The notes below the pieces were generated by a model, which saw only the letters and a list, made by a program, of their open reading frames with translations, did not search any database and had not been told where the DNA came from. A stretch of 64,000 nucleotides of DNA from Spirochaetia bacterium (GTDB taxonomy: Bacteria; Spirochaetota; Spirochaetia; SZUA-6; Bin103), in contig CBDBDQ010000005.1 in the NCBI GenBank assembly GCA_965203905.1, positions 5,984,001 through 6,048,000 on the forward strand, read 5' to 3'. Every line of letters begins with the position of its first letter. The stretch's first letter is position 1. The position numbers and the translations under genes were made by a program. Positions 59,036-64,000 of the stretch are shown one piece after another.

Positions 59036-60019
59036 CTAATAACTCACGTACACGTCGGTGAGGAGGTCTTCCGCAGTGGGATGCGGCGCCTCTCGCGCTT
59101 CGGTCACTGCCTGCTCGATCAACGCCCCAACCTCCCGGTCGACGCCCTCGAGATCGTCCTTCCCGAGCGTTCCCGCCTGCGTCACCTGCTGCACGAACTT
59201 TGTCAGGCAGTCGCGGTTGGCACGGATCTCCTCCACCTCTCCTGGCGCGCGGTAGGTCTGCGAATCGCCCTCGTAGTGGCCGTAGAAGCGGATCATGCTG
59301 CACTCCAGCAGCCCCGGACCGCCTCCCTCGCGGGCGCGCCCGATCATCGCGCCGGCGGCCTCGTGGACGGCGAAGAAGTCGGTGCCGTCCACCGTGACCC
59401 CCGGCATGCCGAACCCGGAAGCGCGGTCCACATAGCTGTCCACCGCCACGGCGTAGTCGCGCGACGTGGACTGGGCGTAGGCATTGTTCTCCACCACGAA
59501 GATGGCCGGGAGGTCCCACACCGCGGCCAGGTTGAGGCTCTCCAGGAAATTGCCCGCGTTGGAAGCGCCGTCGCCGATGAAACTGACGGCCACCCCACCG
59601 TTCTTCTTGTACTTGGATGCCAGTGCCGCTCCGCAGACCAACGGCGCGCCGGCGCCGAGGATGCCGTTGGCCCCCATCATGCCCAGGTCCAGGTCGGCGA
59701 TGTGCATGGAGCCGCCCTTGCCGTGGCAGGTGCCGGTAGCGCGCCCGTACAGCTCGGCGAACATGCCGCTGACGTCGACCCCCTTGGCGATGCAGTGGCC
59801 ATGCCCGCGATGGGTGCTGGCGATGTGGTCGTCCGGCCCCAGGTGCATCATGATGCCGGTGGCGGCGGCTTCCTCCCCGGCGTAGAGGTGGACGAAGCCG
59901 GGCAGGTCGCCGGTGGCGAACTCCACGTGCACCCGTTCCTCGAACTCCCGGATCGTCTTCATGGTCCGGTAGGCCCGGAGCAGCTCCTCCCGGCCCAGCG
60001 GAACGTTGTCGTTGCTCAT
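59036..60019 (-). CDS. acoA: Acetoin dehydrogenase E1 alpha subunit (TPP-dependent)
   Basis: GFVHLYAGEEA; STHRGHGH; GKGGSMH; GDGA; DLLTDVYVSY. Confidence 0.9.
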   Translation of the reverse strand: MSNDNVPLGREELLRAYRTMKTIREFEERVHVEFATGDLPGFVHLYAGEEAAATGIMMHLGPDDHIASTHRGHGHCIAKGVDVSGMFAELYGRATGTCHGKGGSMHIADLDLGMMGANGILGAGAPLVCGAALASKYKKNGGVAVSFIGDGASNAGNFLESLNLAAVWDLPAIFVVENNAYAQSTSRDYAVAVDSYVDRASGFGMPGVTVDGTDFFAVHEAAGAMIGRAREGGGPGLLECSMIRFYGHYEGDSQTYRAPGEVEEIRANRDCLTKFVQQVTQAGTLGKDDLEGVDREVGALIEQAVTEAREAPHPTAEDLLTDVYVSY

Positions 60020-60141
60020 CGCTTCTCCCGTAACGGGTAGCGCATCACGCGCTCCCCTGTCGACTATATCCCATAAGGGTTGAGCGCGTGGACTAGCAGC
60101 CCGTGGCGGGCACCGGCCCTCGATGATACGATGTCGCCGCT

Positions 60142-61044
60142 ATGGTACACGGCGAGCCGACTGTTCTCAGAGACGGGCTGTTCTTTCCCGAGGGACCGCG
60201 CTGGCGGGGCGACCGGCTGTTCTTTTCCGACATCCTGGGCGGCACGGTGCACAGCCTCGCCCTGGACGGCACCCTGGAGACCATCGTCGCGGTAGCGGAG
60301 CTGCCCTCCGGGCTGGGCTGGGTGCCGGACGGCACGCTGCAGGTGGTCTCGGTGAACGACGGCAAGCTGCACGCCTGCCGTGACGGCAGGACCGCCGTGG
60401 TGGCCGACATGCAGCAGCGCAGCGGCTTCCCCTGCAACGACATGGTGGTGGACGCGGCGGGCCGGGCCTACGTCGGCAGCCCCGATACCGGGTTCGACGA
60501 GGAGCAGCTCCCGATGCCGGGCAACATGCCGCGCCTCAGCAGCATCGTGCTGGTGGAGCCGCCGGCCGCCGGCGCCGCCTGGGACGCGCCGCGCACGGCG
60601 CGCATCGTCGCCGACCGGGTGACCTTCCCCAACGGCATGGTGGTCACCCCCGACGGCGGCACCCTGATCGCGGCCGAGAGCTTCGCCGGCCGTCTGACCG
60701 CGTTCGACATCCAGGCCGACGGCTCGCTGGCGAACCGCCGGGTGTGGGCCGACCTCGGCGTGCCGCCGGACGGCATCACCCTGGACCGGGAGGGCTGCGT
60801 GTGGGTGGCGGTCCCTTACTACCGTTACGGCGAGAGCGGCGGCTACCTGCGGCTGGCCGAGGGCGGCGCATTGCGGGACCGCATCGACGTGAGCGGCTAC
60901 AGCGCCTACGCCTGTACCCTGGGCGGCGCGAACGGGACCACGCTGTTCCTGTGCGAATCGGCGGTGCTGGGGCTGCCGCGGCGGCCGGGCGACGGCCGCA
61001 TCCGCACCGTGGAGGTGGACGTGCCCGGGGTGGGCACCCCGTAG
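60142..61044 (+). CDS. SMP-30/gluconolactonase/LRE family protein
   Basis: FPEGPRW; CNDMVVD; FPNGM; PDGITLD. Confidence 0.9.
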   Translation: MVHGEPTVLRDGLFFPEGPRWRGDRLFFSDILGGTVHSLALDGTLETIVAVAELPSGLGWVPDGTLQVVSVNDGKLHACRDGRTAVVADMQQRSGFPCNDMVVDAAGRAYVGSPDTGFDEEQLPMPGNMPRLSSIVLVEPPAAGAAWDAPRTARIVADRVTFPNGMVVTPDGGTLIAAESFAGRLTAFDIQADGSLANRRVWADLGVPPDGITLDREGCVWVAVPYYRYGESGGYLRLAEGGALRDRIDVSGYSAYACTLGGANGTTLFLCESAVLGLPRRPGDGRIRTVEVDVPGVGTP

Positions 61045-61081
61045 CGGCGGCAGAGCCGCGGCGACGCAAGAGGAGGACACG

Positions 61082-62161
61082 ATGGCACGCTTGTTTGGAC
61101 GCGACTACACCCGGAGCGAGTTGCTGCGGATGGTGGGGGACATGAGCCAGGTGGCCGGCATCCGCCGCGCCGAGCTGGTGGAGGGCAACGAGCGCGGTGC
61201 CGGCCTGGTGGAGGTCAGCAACGCTTCCGGGCTCAGCTTCTCGGTGCTCCCCGGGCGCGCCCTGGACATCGCCAGTGCCTTCTACCGGGGCCGCTCGCTG
61301 TGCTTCCGCAGCGCCACCGGCGACGTCGGGCCGGCGTTCTTCGAGCCGCAGGGCTACGGCTGGATGCGCAGCTTCTACGGCGGCCTGCTGATCAGTTGCG
61401 GCATGACCTTCGTCGGCCACCCCGAGACCGATCCGGAGGAGGAGAACGAGGAGCTGGGCCTGCACGGCCGCCTCTCCGCCATTCCCGCCCGCGAGGTGAG
61501 CGCCGGGGGCAGCTGGGAGGGCGACGACTACCACCTGCGGGTCGCCGGCACCGTGCGCGAGGCGGTGGCCCTCGGCACCACGCTGGAGCTGCGGCGCGAG
61601 ATCATCACCACGCTCGGGGAACGCAGCATCCGCATCCACGACCGGGTGGAGAACCGGGGCGGCCTGCCCTCCCCGCTGATGTTCCTGTACCACACCAACC
61701 CCGGCTTCCCGTTGCTGGACGAGGGCACCCGCTTCCTGGTCAACAGCCGGCTCAGCACCGAGTGGCTGCAGGACCGCGAGGTGGGACCCGACGTGTACGA
61801 GCGGGCGGGCGCGCCACGGCCGGGCGCCGGCGACGACGTCTACGTGCACCGGCCGGTGCCGGCGGCGGACGGCAGCGTGACCGTGGCCCTGATCAACGAC
61901 GGGCTGGCCTTCGGCCTGCAGTGGCGCATGACGGCCGCCGAGCTGCCCATCGTCACCCAGTGGCAACACTTCGCCGACGCCGGCTACGTCACCGGCATCG
62001 AGCCGGGCAACTGCAGCCCCCTCGGCCGCGCCTGGAATCGCAAGCATGGCTCGCTGGAGTACCTGCAGCCGGGCGCCACGCGCGAGTTCCACCTGGAGCT
62101 CGCGGTGCTCGACGGCGCAAAGGAGATCACCGCCGCCGAACAACGGGTGCGCGCATCCTGA
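61082..62161 (+). CDS. Aldose 1-epimerase family protein (DUF4432-like)
   Basis: PGRALDI; GLHGRLS; FLYHTNPGFPLL; GIEPGN. Confidence 0.85.
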   Translation: MARLFGRDYTRSELLRMVGDMSQVAGIRRAELVEGNERGAGLVEVSNASGLSFSVLPGRALDIASAFYRGRSLCFRSATGDVGPAFFEPQGYGWMRSFYGGLLISCGMTFVGHPETDPEEENEELGLHGRLSAIPAREVSAGGSWEGDDYHLRVAGTVREAVALGTTLELRREIITTLGERSIRIHDRVENRGGLPSPLMFLYHTNPGFPLLDEGTRFLVNSRLSTEWLQDREVGPDVYERAGAPRPGAGDDVYVHRPVPAADGSVTVALINDGLAFGLQWRMTAAELPIVTQWQHFADAGYVTGIEPGNCSPLGRAWNRKHGSLEYLQPGATREFHLELAVLDGAKEITAAEQRVRAS

Positions 62162-62317
62162 TCTGCTCGTATTTTCTCGGCATTAGAGCAGTGGTCGCCA
62201 TGCAGGTTCCGCGTTATCTTAATACTTTACACGCTCGCCCACCGTCTGAGGCGTTTGAGGATTTTGTGGCCGTAAGCAAGGGACGAGTTAGCCGGAACAA
62301 TGAAAGGGCGATTACGT

Positions 62318-63370
62318 ATGATCACGCGGATAGCACTGTTCAACCACAAGGGTAGCGTCAGCAAGACTACTACTACGTTCAATTTAGGATGGCGCCTAGC
62401 ACAGATTGGGAAACGCGTGGTTCTGGTGGATGCAGACCCGCAGTGCAACCTTACAGGACTGGTCCTTGGCTATAAGGGGCCGTCAGAGCTCGAGACGTTT
62501 TACGCTTCTGAAGCCAAGCGAAACCTCAAGTCTGGACTATCCTCCGCATTCGAATCCAAGCCAATCCCGATAAAGGCAGTCGATTGTGTCCCCATAGAAG
62601 ACCAGGATGGACTCTTCTTACTCCCCGGGCACATCGCGTTGTCCGAGTACGAGGTAACATTAGGTATCGCACAGGAGTTGTCCGGATCGATACAGACACT
62701 GCAGAATCTCCCTGGGTCTATTTCGCAACTACTGACGAAGACCGCGTCCACCATTGATGCTGACTACGTGCTTATCGATATGAATCCTAGTTTGAGCGCT
62801 TTCAATCAGAACCTCCTCATGACTAGTGACTACTTCATTGTCCCTACTACACCGGACTACTACTCCGTCATGGCAATAGACTCTCTGACACGTGTCATCC
62901 CTTCTTGGTACAGGTGGTCACAGCGAGCGCAAGAACACCCCGTGTTGCAGCAAGCGACATATCCATTTCCTCGTATTACACCTAAGTTCCTAGGAACCAT
63001 CATCCAGAATTATCGACCGCGGCGCGGCAGACCCACGGCAGGCTTCCAACAGTGGATCGACCAAATCAACGACAAAGTCACCAACCAGCTTGTTCCCGCT
63101 CTAAGGAATATCGGGATGGTACTCACCGACGAACAGTACCTATCGGCCGGGCTTGACCAGTATTGTTTGGAGACCATCCCCGACTTCAACTCACTAATCG
63201 CGCGCTCCCAGGAAGCTCAGACTCCGATTTATGATCTCACTGACGAGCAACTACAGCAATCGGGAACCGTGCTAGCACAAACTAAGAAGTTGCAAAAAAG
63301 ATTCCGAATGGTGTTTTCCAAGATTGCCAAAGAGGTCGTCACATTGACACAAGATGCAGGAAGCAATTGA
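62318..63370 (+). CDS. ParA/Soj-family ATPase (long form)
   Basis: FNHKGSVSKTTT; VDADPQCNLT; LLPGH; LIDMNPSL. Confidence 0.88.
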   Translation: MITRIALFNHKGSVSKTTTTFNLGWRLAQIGKRVVLVDADPQCNLTGLVLGYKGPSELETFYASEAKRNLKSGLSSAFESKPIPIKAVDCVPIEDQDGLFLLPGHIALSEYEVTLGIAQELSGSIQTLQNLPGSISQLLTKTASTIDADYVLIDMNPSLSAFNQNLLMTSDYFIVPTTPDYYSVMAIDSLTRVIPSWYRWSQRAQEHPVLQQATYPFPRITPKFLGTIIQNYRPRRGRPTAGFQQWIDQINDKVTNQLVPALRNIGMVLTDEQYLSAGLDQYCLETIPDFNSLIARSQEAQTPIYDLTDEQLQQSGTVLAQTKKLQKRFRMVFSKIAKEVVTLTQDAGSN

Positions 63371-63947
63371 TCAGTTCATCGCTAACCTTGGTCGCGTCCG
63401 AAACCTCGGTGCGCTTGTCGACGCACTAGAGTCCCAGACTACGAATGCTTTGGATCTCTCCGACATACTGAGAGCGGAGCTTGTCTTGTCCGTCAGCGCA
63501 CTCGATCACTACGTTCATGAGATCGTACGAATAGGCATGCTCGAGGCCTATCGAGGAGCTCGGCAGAAGACGCCGCAATTCCTCAACTTCAATGTGTCGC
63601 TTGAGAGTGCATTATATAGTGTCGCTGGCGGGGAAACCTGGATCGATAATGAGATAAGAGCTCGTAACGGTTATCGCAGCTTCCAAACCCCAGAAAACAT
63701 TGCGTCCGCACTCCGTCTTGTCTCAGAAATTGGTCTGTGGAACCAAGTAGCGATAGTCATGGGCATGCCCGCCAAGGACATTAGAGACACGCTGTCACTC
63801 ATTGTGGATCGACGAAACAAGATCGCTCATGAAGCCGACATGGATCCATCTCCATATATAGCACGTTATCCGATTGACAAAGCTGAAGTCAACGACTCTA
63901 TCGATTTCATAGAGCGAGTAGCACGTGCGATTCACCAATCGTCGTGA
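63354..63947 (+). CDS. HEPN domain protein (RiboL-PSP-HEPN-like)
   Basis: DILRAELVLSVSALDHYVHE; SFQTPENI; Rx4H motif in RRNKIAHEAD; overlaps the ParA stop. Confidence 0.8.
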   Translation: MQEAIDQFIANLGRVRNLGALVDALESQTTNALDLSDILRAELVLSVSALDHYVHEIVRIGMLEAYRGARQKTPQFLNFNVSLESALYSVAGGETWIDNEIRARNGYRSFQTPENIASALRLVSEIGLWNQVAIVMGMPAKDIRDTLSLIVDRRNKIAHEADMDPSPYIARYPIDKAEVNDSIDFIERVARAIHQSS

Positions 63948-64000
63948 CACCACCTACGTCACAAGTGCAAGCAGTCTCCCTGACCGCCGCCCGGCGGCTG

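Overview
High-GC bacterial chromosomal segment dominated by ABC importers and catabolic genes. The substrate-binding protein (SBP) signal peptides (…WAGGQED, …SAGGEAD) suggest Spirochaetota, which is inference only. 1-13.4 kb: end of a family-5 SBP, a sulfatase, an SDR, an HNH endonuclease, a nitroreductase, and a PhyH-SBP-dppB-dppC operon whose SBP has an in-frame amber stop. 13.4-41.7 kb is the most unusual region. It is a tandem array of four SBP-dppB-dppC units with no ATPase, plus two collapsed partial units. The permeases of units 2-4 are nearly identical, while the SBP interiors are strongly diverged and AT-richer. Units 1, 3 and 4 share one TTGACA-N17-TACGAT promoter, and all four have long structured leaders with short upstream ORFs and a covarying stem. 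Small toxin-antitoxin or nuclease cargo genes, often with a broken toxin, sit at most junctions, along with group II intron, REP-like and ISAzo13 scars. 41.8-51 kb: a sugar ABC transporter, two PhyH dioxygenases, a GH127-like pseudogene, an SDR and a Uma2-like nuclease. 51.5-56.4 kb: a disrupted AbiE-type plus TrlF-like PHP-ATPase defence-type operon. 56.9-64 kb: acoCBA, a lactonase, an aldose epimerase and an AT-richer ParA-like ATPase-HEPN pair. I found no rRNA, tRNA or CRISPR array. Many single-base indels may be real decay or assembly error. All family calls come from motifs read by eye; no database search was run.
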